From Bdellovibrionales bacterium (GTDB taxonomy: Bacteria; Bdellovibrionota; Bdellovibrionia; Bdellovibrionales; JAUICD01), in assembly GCA_965262715.1 (NCBI GenBank), contig OZ253553.1, positions 1,376,001 through 1,440,000 of the forward strand: a stretch of 64,000 bases of DNA. The letters are read 5' to 3'. Shown piece after piece: positions 29,141 through 39,541 of the stretch (positions are counted from its first letter, which is position 1; every line of letters starts with the position of its first letter). The translations under genes and the position numbers were made by a program. Under the pieces are notes generated by a model, which ran no database searches, was not told the DNA's origin, and saw only the letters and a list, made by a program, of their open reading frames with translations.

Positions 29141-30304
29141 TTGTCAGATACCACAAAAGCAAGACCTGCTTTAACTCATTTGTCTAAAGACGAATTATCG
29201 TTTAAATCTGCTATAAAAGAATTCGCAAAAGAAGAGATCAAACCTCTTGTCAATCAAATGGACAGTAACTCTTCGATGGATCCTGAATTAATCTCCAAAC
29301 TTTTTGATATGGGGATTATGGGAATTGAAACACCAGAAAAGTTTGGAGGGCTAGAAAGTTCCTTTACTATGGCTTGCCTAGCCGTAGAGGAACTTGCCTG
29401 TGTGGATGGATCAGTTAGCGTACTTGTTGATGTGCAAAATACTTTAGTGACAAATGCTATTCTTTGTTGGGCAAATGAAACTCAAAAATCAAAATATCTA
29501 CCACTTCTATCTTCTAAATGGGTAGGAGCTTATGCTCTCTCTGAAAGCTCTAGCGGTTCAGATGCTTTTGCTCTCAAATTAAGGGCAGAGGAAAAAAGTG
29601 ATCATTATTTATTAAGTGGCCATAAGTTATGGATCACAAATGCAAAAGAAGCCCAACTCTTTTTAGTATTTGCCAATGTTGATCCCTCTTTGGGATACAA
29701 GGGCATTACAGCCTTTTTAGTCGAAAGAGACTATGAAGGTTTTTCTGTTGGAAAAAAAGAAGATAAGTTAGGTATACGAGCAAGCTCTACTTGTGAGATC
29801 ACCTTTGATCAATGTAGAGTGCCTAAGGAAAATGTTTTAGGAGAAGTGGGAAAAGGCTATAAGGTTGCTATTAACACTCTCAATGAAGGGCGTATTGGTA
29901 TAGGAGCGCAAATGATAGGTATTGCTCAAGGGGCTTTTGATGCGACTAAGCAATATATTCTTTCCCGTGAACAATTTGGAAATCCTCTTTCTAGTTTTCA
30001 AGCTGTACAGTTTCAACTGGCAGAGATGCGCATGCTTTTAGAATCAGCAAGATTGATGGTTTACAATGCGGCTCGTCTCAAAGATGCAGGCCTGAGCTTT
30101 ACAAAAGAAGCTGCAATGGCTAAGCTCCTTTCTTCTCGTATAAGTGAAAAGATTTGTTCTATGGGAGTAGATCTTTTTGGTGGCAATGGTTTTACAAAAG
30201 AATACCCTATAGAAAAATACTATAGAGATGCTAAAATAGGTCAAATTTATGAAGGAACAAGTAATATGCAATTGCAAACTATTGCTAAACTGGAATTATC
30301 ATGA
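29141..30304 (+). CDS. Acyl-CoA dehydrogenase (short/branched-chain type)
   Basis: YALSESSSGSDA, KLWITN, KLGIRASST, LNEGRIGI, YRDAKIGQIYEGTSN. Confidence 0.95.
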   Translation: MSDTTKARPALTHLSKDELSFKSAIKEFAKEEIKPLVNQMDSNSSMDPELISKLFDMGIMGIETPEKFGGLESSFTMACLAVEELACVDGSVSVLVDVQNTLVTNAILCWANETQKSKYLPLLSSKWVGAYALSESSSGSDAFALKLRAEEKSDHYLLSGHKLWITNAKEAQLFLVFANVDPSLGYKGITAFLVERDYEGFSVGKKEDKLGIRASSTCEITFDQCRVPKENVLGEVGKGYKVAINTLNEGRIGIGAQMIGIAQGAFDATKQYILSREQFGNPLSSFQAVQFQLAEMRMLLESARLMVYNAARLKDAGLSFTKEAAMAKLLSSRISEKICSMGVDLFGGNGFTKEYPIEKYYRDAKIGQIYEGTSNMQLQTIAKLELS

Positions 30305-30360
30305 ACTTTAAAATAGATAACAATAACCATCGTCAGTAAGTAAAGATTTATGAATTTCAA

Positions 30361-31587
30361 ATGAGTGATCAATTAATGAAAGCCTCTTCTACAAATTCCC
30401 AAACAAAAACATGGGATCTTTTCAATCCTTCAGAAGAACATACACTATTAAGAAATATGATACGCGAATTTGTGGAGGCAGAGGTTGAGCCTCAAGCTTT
30501 GCAATTTGATAAGGAAGAACGCTTCAATCTATCTCTTTTCAAGAAACTAGGTTCTTTAGGACTTTTAGGCTTAACTGTTCCTGAACGATTTGACGGAGCA
30601 GCTATGGATGCTACAGCTGCCGTATTAGTACATGAAGAAATTTCAGCTAGTGATCCAGGGCTTGGCTTAGCCTACTTAGCACACTCGATGCTTTGTGCAA
30701 ACAATATTGCTGTAAATGGTAATGATGAACAAAGGCAGCGGTTTTTACCTAAACTCTGTTCTGGTGAGCACATCGGTTGCATGGCTATGTCTGAGGCTCA
30801 TGTAGGCACAGATGTTCTTAATATGAAAACTTTTGCCAGTTTAAATAATGACCATTATGTCATAAACGGACAAAAAATGTGGATTACTAACGGAACCCTT
30901 GATGAAGAAAAAACACCTGCTGATTGTGTCTTACTTTATGCTATAACAGAACAAAACAACAAACGCAGCATCTCCACTTTTCTCGTGGAAAAAGAACATC
31001 CTGGTTATTATGTAGGACAGAAGATCAAAGGCAAGTTAGGTATGAGGGCTTCTAACACAGCAGAGTTAGTTTTTGATAACTGCCTTGTTCCCTTATCCAA
31101 TAGAATTGGAAAAGAAGGAGACTCTCTTTTGCACATGATGAAAAATTTAGAAATAGAGCGTCTGACTTTAGCAGCTCAAGCCATAGGTATTGCTAGGCGT
31201 TGTTTATCTATTATGAACAGTTATGCGCGCACCCGCAAATCATTTGGCAAGCCACTCACATCTTTTGGACAAATTCAAAGACATATAGCAGAAAGTTATG
31301 CAGAGTATATGGCAGCTAAAACGTATGTCTATGATGTAGCTCGAAAGTTGGACTTGAAATCAGCAAATAACCGCATTGATTCAGATGCAGTAAAACTGAT
31401 TGCTACAACAATAAGCAAGAAGATAGCAGATCGCGCTATTCAAGTCTTAGGTGGTTATGGTTATGTCAGCGAGTATGTGGTAGAACGTCTCTGGAGAGAT
31501 GCTAAACTGTTAGAGATTGGTGGTGGCACTTTAGAAGCTCATCAAAAAAACATCACTAACGATTTAAAAAACTGTACTTTCTCTTAA
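30361..31587 (+). CDS. Acyl-CoA dehydrogenase (isovaleryl-CoA type)
   Basis: AMSEAHVGTDV, KMWITNG, KLGMRASNT, LEIERL, RDAKLLEIGGGT. Confidence 0.93.
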   Translation: MSDQLMKASSTNSQTKTWDLFNPSEEHTLLRNMIREFVEAEVEPQALQFDKEERFNLSLFKKLGSLGLLGLTVPERFDGAAMDATAAVLVHEEISASDPGLGLAYLAHSMLCANNIAVNGNDEQRQRFLPKLCSGEHIGCMAMSEAHVGTDVLNMKTFASLNNDHYVINGQKMWITNGTLDEEKTPADCVLLYAITEQNNKRSISTFLVEKEHPGYYVGQKIKGKLGMRASNTAELVFDNCLVPLSNRIGKEGDSLLHMMKNLEIERLTLAAQAIGIARRCLSIMNSYARTRKSFGKPLTSFGQIQRHIAESYAEYMAAKTYVYDVARKLDLKSANNRIDSDAVKLIATTISKKIADRAIQVLGGYGYVSEYVVERLWRDAKLLEIGGGTLEAHQKNITNDLKNCTFS

Positions 31588-31600
31588 AATGATCAAAAAA

Positions 31601-31651
31601 CAAGGTACAAGAGTTGCCTAGTGCCTATGGAAGAAGCCTGTCATAACTCTC
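31601..31651. repeat. Family A repeat, right end
   Basis: CAAGGTACAAGAGTTGCCTAGTGCCTATGGAAGAAGCCTGTCATAACTCTC followed by TTA. Confidence 0.7.
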
Positions 31652-31685
31652 TTAGCTTATGCAACAAGGCCATTAATAGCTAATT

Positions 31686-32474
31686 TTATCTTTCAGATAC
31701 AACATAAGCAGTCCAAGATTCACAAGACTCTCCTTGACTTGTACGGGTATAAATACCATCTCCCTCGCCATCTTTTGTTGTGCCTTCCCAATAAACATGA
31801 GTCTTAACAAAACCTGCCTCTAATAAAAGCTCTTTGAGTTCTGGAATACACCACATTCTCCAATCATAACTAAAAACCTTAAACCGTTTTTTTTCTCTTT
31901 TGAGTTTAAAATGAATATCAAATTGAGCATAGTTTGATATAGGATCAAAACTATTTTGATCCCAAAAATAAGAAAATCCTTCATGCTCCACTTCATCTTC
32001 ATTAGGTTCATAACATTGAGAACCTCCAAAGCAGTCAATAACAAAAAGACCATTTTTCTCTAATTTCTGATAAACTAGAGAAAAATACTTTAGAATATCT
32101 TGTCTTTCTTTAAAAAGAAAATATGAAAAATTATTTGCTACAACCATCTGCGCAGAAGGAACTTTATCAGAAAGCACACTCGTTTGGTATGTGCTAATTC
32201 GTTTTTTTTGATGATCATTTAGCTTTGGATAATGTGTCTTGTAACCATATTCTAAAGGGTCCTCACTGATATCAACACCAATAGCTTGTCTATATTTTTT
32301 TGATTTGACCCACTGGCAACAAACAATAAAAGTTCCACAAAAGTCTTCTCTAAGTAGAGTAAGTTTTCTGCGAGGTTTAAGCTCTTGCCAAACTTGTTCA
32401 AAAAACTCCACATCCGCTTCTGGAGATTGTACAGAATCTATATAATATTTGTATTTATCAAATTCTAATGCCAT
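31686..32474 (-). CDS. Class I SAM-dependent methyltransferase-like protein
   Basis: YIDSVQSPEADV, LREDFCGT, GVDIS, NFSYF, GLFVIDCFGG. Confidence 0.82.
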   Translation of the reverse strand: MALEFDKYKYYIDSVQSPEADVEFFEQVWQELKPRRKLTLLREDFCGTFIVCCQWVKSKKYRQAIGVDISEDPLEYGYKTHYPKLNDHQKKRISTYQTSVLSDKVPSAQMVVANNFSYFLFKERQDILKYFSLVYQKLEKNGLFVIDCFGGSQCYEPNEDEVEHEGFSYFWDQNSFDPISNYAQFDIHFKLKREKKRFKVFSYDWRMWCIPELKELLLEAGFVKTHVYWEGTTKDGEGDGIYTRTSQGESCESWTAYVVSER

Positions 32475-32769
32475 TATTTCTATTAAACCTAATGTTATAC
32501 TTAATATGTTATACTTAATCAGGCTTAACTTATAAAAAGTTAAGTCTATCTTTTTTTAATAATCTATCTAATTATTTTTCTACACAATAATCAATCTGAA
32601 ATATAAATTTTTGTATAGGATGCCTTGTAAAAATATTTGAATATATCTGTTAAAATTCTTTTTCAAATTCTGCATATCCCATTAGATAAAAAATCCTCAT
32701 TGAATATTCCACTAGTATCAAAACTTGTCAAAATGTTTTTGAAAAAAATAGGCCATCGCAAATCTGCTT

Positions 32770-33780
32770 TTAAAGTGTTGATTTGAAAATCTTCTGACAA
32801 CAAGGCGATGCAAGAATAGGAAACCCTTCTAAGCCAAGCTTTTTGCTTTTTAACATCAAGTTTCTTTGATCTTTTCTCCAAATTAAATGTACATGAGGAC
32901 CTGCATCCATAGTAATCAGTGGCCCATCTCTGTTTTCTTTCCAAATACTATCCACAATACCTAAAACAGTTATAGTATCTTTTGTAAAATAAGAGAAGCT
33001 AGGAGAGGCTGTCTGAAATAAATCCATCATATCACAAAATTCAGCTTTAGCTATTCTATAAAGCTCTTCCCAATTTTTATGTTCCAATGCCTTCAAGAAA
33101 AAAGAAAGACGCTTTTCCACTCTTTGCGGTCGATTTTTATAAAGAGGGCTAGTTAAAACTATTTTATGAGCTTTTGAAGATGATATGCTTTTCTTTTCTT
33201 TTGAAGTTAAAACAACTATATGCATCCAATCTTTAGGAAACTCTATAGGAAAGAGTTTTCCATTTGGCATCCATAAGCATCCTGAAAAAAAACTACGACA
33301 AGAAGAACCTGAACCCCTACGACTTAAAACTGCGCATTCCACTGGATTTAAATGCTGACCTTTTAGCTTTATGAGCGCTTTTGAAAAAGCTCTTGTGAGC
33401 GCGGCAAAACTGCTAGCAGAACTGGCAAGGCCCACATCTGAAGGGAAATTGTTATGAGACCTGATAGTAAAAGAGTGTTTTAAATTAAATTGAGACTTAA
33501 GGTATTCTAAATGCTTCAAAAATCGCCTTTGAGCATCTAATGAAATAGGACTTAGAGATGTCATTTTTTCTTCTATTGAAATGTTTTGACATTGATCTTC
33601 TGGATTAAGATAAATATCCTCTTCTTGATGTTTTTCTCTCAATTCTAATTGAACAGTACTGACTAGGTGGTTTAATGTCCATGAAAGAGAAGGGTTTATA
33701 GGGGTATTTTCTATATCACAAGTCTTACCCATATATTTAATGAAAGCAAGATTTGCCGGCGCCAAAGCCTCAAACAGCAT
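32770..33780 (-). CDS. mvaD: Diphosphomevalonate decarboxylase
   Basis: APANLAFIKYMGK, NNFPSDVGLASSASSFAAL, RRGSGSSCRS, TMDAGPHVH. Confidence 0.93.
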   Translation of the reverse strand: MLFEALAPANLAFIKYMGKTCDIENTPINPSLSWTLNHLVSTVQLELREKHQEEDIYLNPEDQCQNISIEEKMTSLSPISLDAQRRFLKHLEYLKSQFNLKHSFTIRSHNNFPSDVGLASSASSFAALTRAFSKALIKLKGQHLNPVECAVLSRRGSGSSCRSFFSGCLWMPNGKLFPIEFPKDWMHIVVLTSKEKKSISSSKAHKIVLTSPLYKNRPQRVEKRLSFFLKALEHKNWEELYRIAKAEFCDMMDLFQTASPSFSYFTKDTITVLGIVDSIWKENRDGPLITMDAGPHVHLIWRKDQRNLMLKSKKLGLEGFPILASPCCQKIFKSTL

Positions 33781-33874
33781 CTTTTTTTATCCTTATTTCT
33801 GATAAAATCACTTCTTATACTTTTTGATTTTTCTCTTTATTCATATATCATTTTAGCTATATGCACAAATTAAA

Positions 33875-34204
33875 TCAGTTTATATGTTTTGTTTGTTCTT
33901 CCACCCATGAAAGATATTTTGAATGACCATCGATGATTTTATAAAATATAATACAAGGGCAATCATAGCTATGAAGCTTTTTGACAAGGCTTATCACAGC
34001 TTTGATATGTTCCTGAGGTGTTTTTACAATAAGGACAGCCTCTTTGGTCTTTTCTATAATATCTTGTCCGTCTTTTTGACTATGATAAAAAGATTGAATA
34101 GACTCTTGGATATTAGCACAAGCAATGAGTTTGTTTTTTAAAAGAGCAAGTGCCAATGCTTGCGCTTCTTTAGTGTGAGTGCATGTGATATATCCTAAAA
34201 CCAT
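33875..34204 (-). CDS. cutA: Divalent-cation tolerance protein CutA
   Basis: LLKNKLIACANI, VKKLHSYDCPCI, YLSWV. Confidence 0.92.
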   Translation of the reverse strand: MVLGYITCTHTKEAQALALALLKNKLIACANIQESIQSFYHSQKDGQDIIEKTKEAVLIVKTPQEHIKAVISLVKKLHSYDCPCIIFYKIIDGHSKYLSWVEEQTKHIN

Positions 34205-34255
34205 TTTTTACTCCTTAAGCAGGGTAAATCTACCATAAATATAAGGCTATTATCA

Positions 34256-35455
34256 ATGACCTATGAGTTTTTTTTCAAATATCTATTTTCTAAAGCAGCA
34301 GGTTCGCTAATTAGGACTATTTCCTGGATTGGGCTTTTAGGTGTGGCCATAGGTGTTATGTCTATGGTGGTAGTTTTAAGTGTGATGAGTGGTTTAGGTG
34401 ATAATATGAAGTTAAGGCTACTTGCCATTGAACCTCATTTGATTTTTAAACCTCAAACTCAAGTTCAACAAGAAGACTTACTCAACAAATCTGCCCTTTA
34501 TCCTGACACTTATGCTTTTCCTTTTGAGCAACAAGATGTTTTAATAAGGACACCAGATGGACTTTATGAAGGAGCAATTGCTAAAGGAATGGATGTGAAC
34601 GCCTTCGCAAGAACGATTCAAGCCATTCAACAACAAAGTAGCTCATCCATGAACAAATCAGTAGCAATAAACGATAAGGAAATTTTTATTGGAATGAGTC
34701 TTGCTAGAAACCTTGGAGTTTTCGAAGAAGATAAAGTTGTAGTGATTGCTCCAGAATCTCTATTATTACCTCCTGGAGAAGTTCCGAAATTCGATCGAGT
34801 GAAAATTGTAGGTATTATAGATGTTCCAGACTCAAAAATGATATCAAAGACAATTTTTTATAAAAAAGGTAAAACCTTTACCTCATTAGGTCAAACAGCT
34901 TCCTTAGATAAAGGTATAGAGGTCAGACTCAATGATCCAGACGATTACAAAAAGTATATAGATATATTAGGCCCTCATTTGGATGCTGAAAGCTGGGCAA
35001 GTCGTAACTCTAATTTTTTCTACTCTCTTAGAATGGAGAAATTTTTAATATCAATCCTCTTAAGTTTAACACTTTTAATCAGTAATTTTGCTATCATCAC
35101 TGTTTTGATTTTATTGGGAACACAAAAGCAACAAGATATGGGACTCTTAATGGCACTAGGTTTATCTCCTAAGAAAATACATCGCTTTATGATGAATATA
35201 AGTTTGCTTTTATCAACACTAGGATTGTTTATAGGATTGCTATCTGGTATAGCTGTAAGCCTTTTGTTGAATAATGTGACACTCTCTTCACTACCAGATA
35301 TTTATTATGACACAACTATCCCTGTAAAATTAGATTTTGTAAATATTGGACTAATTGCATTGCTATCTATGTGCATCTCTTTTATATCCTCTTGGTTTTC
35401 AGCTTTTTTAACAATTGAAAAATCTCCAGCTCTGGCTTTGAGACCAAAATTTTAA
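34256..35455 (+). CDS. LolC/E-type ABC transporter permease
   Basis: ISWIGLLGVAIGV...VLSVMSG, SLRMEK, MGLLMALG, PDIYY, PALALR. Confidence 0.88.
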   Translation: MTYEFFFKYLFSKAAGSLIRTISWIGLLGVAIGVMSMVVVLSVMSGLGDNMKLRLLAIEPHLIFKPQTQVQQEDLLNKSALYPDTYAFPFEQQDVLIRTPDGLYEGAIAKGMDVNAFARTIQAIQQQSSSSMNKSVAINDKEIFIGMSLARNLGVFEEDKVVVIAPESLLLPPGEVPKFDRVKIVGIIDVPDSKMISKTIFYKKGKTFTSLGQTASLDKGIEVRLNDPDDYKKYIDILGPHLDAESWASRNSNFFYSLRMEKFLISILLSLTLLISNFAIITVLILLGTQKQQDMGLLMALGLSPKKIHRFMMNISLLLSTLGLFIGLLSGIAVSLLLNNVTLSSLPDIYYDTTIPVKLDFVNIGLIALLSMCISFISSWFSAFLTIEKSPALALRPKF

Positions 35456-35538
35456 TGCGCATAATCATTTGACCTCACTTATTTGATCTGATTATTTTAT
35501 AGATAGTTTTTGCAATAAATGATTTAACAGAGGAATCA

Positions 35539-38226
35539 ATGGATCAACAACATTCATTACCAACTCAGTATAACTCTAAAAATATTGAAGAAAATATATA
35601 TCAGTTTTGGGAATCCCAAAACTTTTTTTCCTGTCAAAGTATATCTTCTAAACCTACTTTTTGTATTATGCTTCCTCCTCCAAATGTGACAGGCGCTCTT
35701 CACATAGGACATGCCTTAGATCATACCATTCAAGATGTATTGATCCGTTGGAAGAGAATGAGTGGTTTTAACACTCTTTGGCAACCTGGGTTAGATCATG
35801 CAGGTATTGCTACCCAAAGTGTCTTAGAAAAAAAACTTAAAGAACAAGGTCTACAAAATATTGATCGTGATGAATTCTTAAAACATGCATGGTCATGGAA
35901 AGAACAATACAGTGATCGCATTATTAGCCAGATGAAAAGATTAGGAGATTCTTGTGATTGGGAGAAAAATCGCTTTACTTTAGATGAGGAATTTTCTCAA
36001 GCTGTCAAAAAAGTTTTTGTCACTTTATATAATGAAAAGCTCATTTATCGAGATTATAGATTAGTCAACTGGGACACAAAACTAAAATCTGCTGTTTCTG
36101 ATTTAGAAGTTGAACATGAAAAACGTGAGGTTTCTTTATGGCATTTTAAGTATATCCTTTCAGATAATGACAAGGAACACCTTGTTGTTGCCACCACAAG
36201 ACCTGAAACTATGTTAGGAGACACAGCTGTCTGCGTTCACCCTGAAGATGAAAGATACAAAGAGTATATAGGTAGAAAAGTCACACATCCTTTTTTAGAT
36301 AAGGAAATTCCTATTATAGCAGATGATTTTGTAGATCCTAAGTTTGGATCTGGGGTTGTAAAAATCACACCAGCTCACGACTTTACTGACTATAATATTG
36401 GAAAAAAGCATCAACTGGACTTTCTAAACATACTTAACGCAGATGGAACACTTAATCAAAATACAGGGCCATTTCAGGGTCTACCCATTTCAGATCCAGA
36501 AACACAAAATAAAGTGATCTCTGAATTAAATCAAAACGGTTTATTTATCCTACAAGAGCCTTACACAACAACTGTTCCTGTCAGCCAGCGTTCAGGAGAA
36601 GTCATTGAGCCTTTTTTATCAAAGCAATGGTTTTTAAAAAGTTCTTTGATGGCAGATAAGGCAAAAGAAGTGATCAAAAGCAAAGCTATTTCTTTTGAAC
36701 CAGAGCTTTGGACAAACACTTACCTTCACTGGATGAACAATCTTCAAGATTGGTGTATTTCACGTCAGTTATGGTGGGGACATAGGATTCCTGCATGGTT
36801 CTGCAAAGATTGTCAGGAGATATCTGTTTCTGAAACAGGCCTTAAAAAATGCCATCACTGCTCATCCCATAATATCTATCAAGAAAATGACGTTTTAGAC
36901 ACATGGTTTAGTTCTGCTCTTTGGCCTTTTGTGACTTTAGGTTGGCCAAAAGAAACAAAGGAACTAAAAACTTTTTATCCCACAGATGTTTTAGTTACAG
37001 GACATGATATTATTTTTTTCTGGGTGAGTCGTATGATAATGGCTGGACTTCATCATTTAAAAGAGATTCCCTTCAAAAAAATTTATATTCATGGAATTAT
37101 AAGAGACGATAAAGGGAAAAAAATGTCTAAAACATTAGGTAACACTTTAGACCCTATTGATCTTATTGATCAATACGGAGCTGATGTCTTACGTTTGACG
37201 CTACTATCTCAAGTATCTGGCGGAAGAGACTTAAAGTTTTCTAAAAAAACTTTAACAGTTTACAGAAATTTTTTAAATAAAATATGGAATGCCACTCGTT
37301 TCAGTCTTTCTTTTTTAGAAAAAAGTGATAAATCTTTTGAAGTATCTTTAAACGATATCTCTCAGTCAAAAGACTTACACCTGCCAGATCAGTGGATTAT
37401 TTACAAATTGGGCATTTTAGAAGAGTCTGTTAATGAAAAACTTGATAAGTTTAAATTTTCAGAGGCCACATCTTTGCTTTACGATTTTGTATGGCATGAT
37501 TTTTGTGATTGGTACTTAGAGTTTATCAAGTTGATTGTTTATAATCAAAAAGACATAAAAAGATCATATACATTATTTATACTTTTTAACACACTCAATC
37601 GCATTTGTAGACTGCTACATCCTTTTATTCCTTTTATGACTGAAGAGATTTACCAAAAGCTACCTATTAAAAATCAAGCATGTATTATTGATACATTTCC
37701 TCATACACAAAATGATCAACAATTATTAAAATTAGGATCAAAACAAGCTGCTTTTGAAATGGATATTATTAGAGAAGTCATTACTGCTATTAGAAATATT
37801 CGAGGAGAAAATAATATCCCTCTACATAACAAAATTTCTGTCCAGTTGACTTCTAATAGTGGAGAGAAGATATTAAAAAATCACCTAGCATTTATCCTAC
37901 AACTAGCAAAGTTAGCAGACTGTCAGGTCTGTTTAGAAACACCTGCATTATCAAAATCAGCTGTTCAGCTTGTACAGATGGATAGAGTAAAAGTTCAAGT
38001 GATTGTACCTCTTGAAGGGTTAGTGAACTTTGATGAAGAGATCAAACGTTTAGAAAAAAATATTCACAAAGTTGAAGGAGAGATACAAAAAATCAATACA
38101 TATCTTAATAATCCCAATTTTATCAAAAATGCCCCTAAGAAAATAGTCAGTGGGCACCAAAGCAAGCTTAAAAGCTTAAATGTTCAATTGAATCATCTAA
38201 AAGACAGTTTAGATCGATTATCTTAA
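35539..38226 (+). CDS. valS: Valine--tRNA ligase
   Basis: PPPNVTGALHIGH, TTRPETMLGD, WCISRQLWWGHRIP, KMSKT, C-terminal coiled coil. Confidence 0.98.
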   Translation: MDQQHSLPTQYNSKNIEENIYQFWESQNFFSCQSISSKPTFCIMLPPPNVTGALHIGHALDHTIQDVLIRWKRMSGFNTLWQPGLDHAGIATQSVLEKKLKEQGLQNIDRDEFLKHAWSWKEQYSDRIISQMKRLGDSCDWEKNRFTLDEEFSQAVKKVFVTLYNEKLIYRDYRLVNWDTKLKSAVSDLEVEHEKREVSLWHFKYILSDNDKEHLVVATTRPETMLGDTAVCVHPEDERYKEYIGRKVTHPFLDKEIPIIADDFVDPKFGSGVVKITPAHDFTDYNIGKKHQLDFLNILNADGTLNQNTGPFQGLPISDPETQNKVISELNQNGLFILQEPYTTTVPVSQRSGEVIEPFLSKQWFLKSSLMADKAKEVIKSKAISFEPELWTNTYLHWMNNLQDWCISRQLWWGHRIPAWFCKDCQEISVSETGLKKCHHCSSHNIYQENDVLDTWFSSALWPFVTLGWPKETKELKTFYPTDVLVTGHDIIFFWVSRMIMAGLHHLKEIPFKKIYIHGIIRDDKGKKMSKTLGNTLDPIDLIDQYGADVLRLTLLSQVSGGRDLKFSKKTLTVYRNFLNKIWNATRFSLSFLEKSDKSFEVSLNDISQSKDLHLPDQWIIYKLGILEESVNEKLDKFKFSEATSLLYDFVWHDFCDWYLEFIKLIVYNQKDIKRSYTLFILFNTLNRICRLLHPFIPFMTEEIYQKLPIKNQACIIDTFPHTQNDQQLLKLGSKQAAFEMDIIREVITAIRNIRGENNIPLHNKISVQLTSNSGEKILKNHLAFILQLAKLADCQVCLETPALSKSAVQLVQMDRVKVQVIVPLEGLVNFDEEIKRLEKNIHKVEGEIQKINTYLNNPNFIKNAPKKIVSGHQSKLKSLNVQLNHLKDSLDRLS

Positions 38227-38304
38227 AAACAACTAGCAGTTGTTGCTGTTTTGATATAAATCATTGAAGTTACAAGTTATTTCTTATTAAACCTTTATTT
38301 TATT

Positions 38305-38336
38305 CAGGCAATCGGGCAATCAGTTCCCGGCAACAG
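38305..38336. repeat. Family D repeat fragment
   Basis: CAGGCAATCGGGCAATCAGTTCCCGGCAACAG aligns with 49429-49460. Confidence 0.6.
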
Positions 38337-38366
38337 CCCTGCCCCTTTATGAATCCAGTTTTATGA

Positions 38367-38795
38367 TCACCACCAAGGATTAGATGGATCCTCATTTGAC
38401 TTTTGAGTTACATTTTCTTCTTTATTTGGAACATTTTCCTCTTTATTTCCAATATTTTCCTCTTTATTTGCAACATTTTCTTCTATGACAACTTGTGCTT
38501 CTTGAGGATCAGCTTGATCTGTGATGGTAGGAGGCTGTGTATTATAAGTTGTGTCATTTTTCTCATTTGCTACTTCTTCTTGTTGCGTTTGAGGATCTTG
38601 TGAAGGCTGTTGATTTGTATTTGTTGGATCTGAAGGGTTAGGAAACAGAACCATAGGCTTTGCATTTTCACTAACATCTGGAAGACCTTCTAAGTTTTCT
38701 TTAACTTCTTTTTCTGTCACTAGTCCTTGACTGAGATTCCATGTTTTCATACGTTTATCAAACTTTAATTTCAAGAAAGAATCATGTAACGACAT
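38367..38795 (-). CDS. Hypothetical protein with acidic low-complexity tail and 7-aa tandem repeats
   Basis: EENVANK-EENIGNK-EENVPNK-EENVTQK encoded by 21-bp repeats 38410-38483; AAGGAG upstream. Confidence 0.75.
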   Translation of the reverse strand: MSLHDSFLKLKFDKRMKTWNLSQGLVTEKEVKENLEGLPDVSENAKPMVLFPNPSDPTNTNQQPSQDPQTQQEEVANEKNDTTYNTQPPTITDQADPQEAQVVIEENVANKEENIGNKEENVPNKEENVTQKSNEDPSNPWW

Positions 38796-38898
38796 AAATA
38801 AACTCCTTTAACAATATTATTATATAATAAATATTCTTATTTCTTAATAAAAAGGCAACCGAAAGTCAAATAGCAACCAACTTTATGATCATTTGAAC

Positions 38899-39279
38899 TT
38901 AAAAGAAAGGATAACCCAACCTTTTTTGTGGATTAAAGCCATAGTGGTAGGATCTAATAGCTGAATCTATACAGTCATAAAAGTCCTCTGACCCAAATCC
39001 GTTAACATCCATAAGCTTGACAAATTCTGCGCTCGCACATGCAAACCTAGGTCTTGGTTGATGATTTTGACAGAATCTATTCAAGGCTTGAACAAATGCG
39101 ACCAAACCACAAGAGCCTACAAATTGCAATTTTGCAAAATTAAAGACAACTCTTTTGGAAAAAGCTGTAGAAAGATAATCTTTTTCAAATATAATTGAAG
39201 TTTCAAAATTTAAAAAATCTTTAAGATGAATGATAATGATGTCATTTGGTAGAGGCTCTAATCTAACGTCCACTGTCAA
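38899..39279 (-). CDS. STAS-domain protein (anti-anti-sigma-like)
   Basis: IIIHLKDFLNFE...VVFNFAKLQFVGSCGL. Confidence 0.8.
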   Translation of the reverse strand: MTVDVRLEPLPNDIIIIHLKDFLNFETSIIFEKDYLSTAFSKRVVFNFAKLQFVGSCGLVAFVQALNRFCQNHQPRPRFACASAEFVKLMDVNGFGSEDFYDCIDSAIRSYHYGFNPQKRLGYPFF

Positions 39280-39541
39280 TCCCCTTATTTAACCCTTTTA
39301 TCATACAATCTCTATAGCATGATTTCCACTTTCTTAAGAGTAATTCTATACAAACTCTACCTTGATAAAGCACATTAGCTTATGAAATCAACTTTTATGA
39401 CCTATCAGTCACTTCACACTCATAAATTGACTTAAAATTTAGAGATATTGATGGTTTAAGAGAATTTTCTTGCTTTTAGTAAATAAGTCTTATAAAAAGC
39501 TGGCTTAAAAGCATTTCTTTAGCTTAAGGAGATAGAACTTC

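Noticed and set aside
32492..32545. 14-bp direct repeat ATGTTATACTTAAT and an adjacent short inverted repeat upstream of the methyltransferase
   Set aside because: Very AT-rich and only two copies; plausibly a slippage duplication, no function supportable
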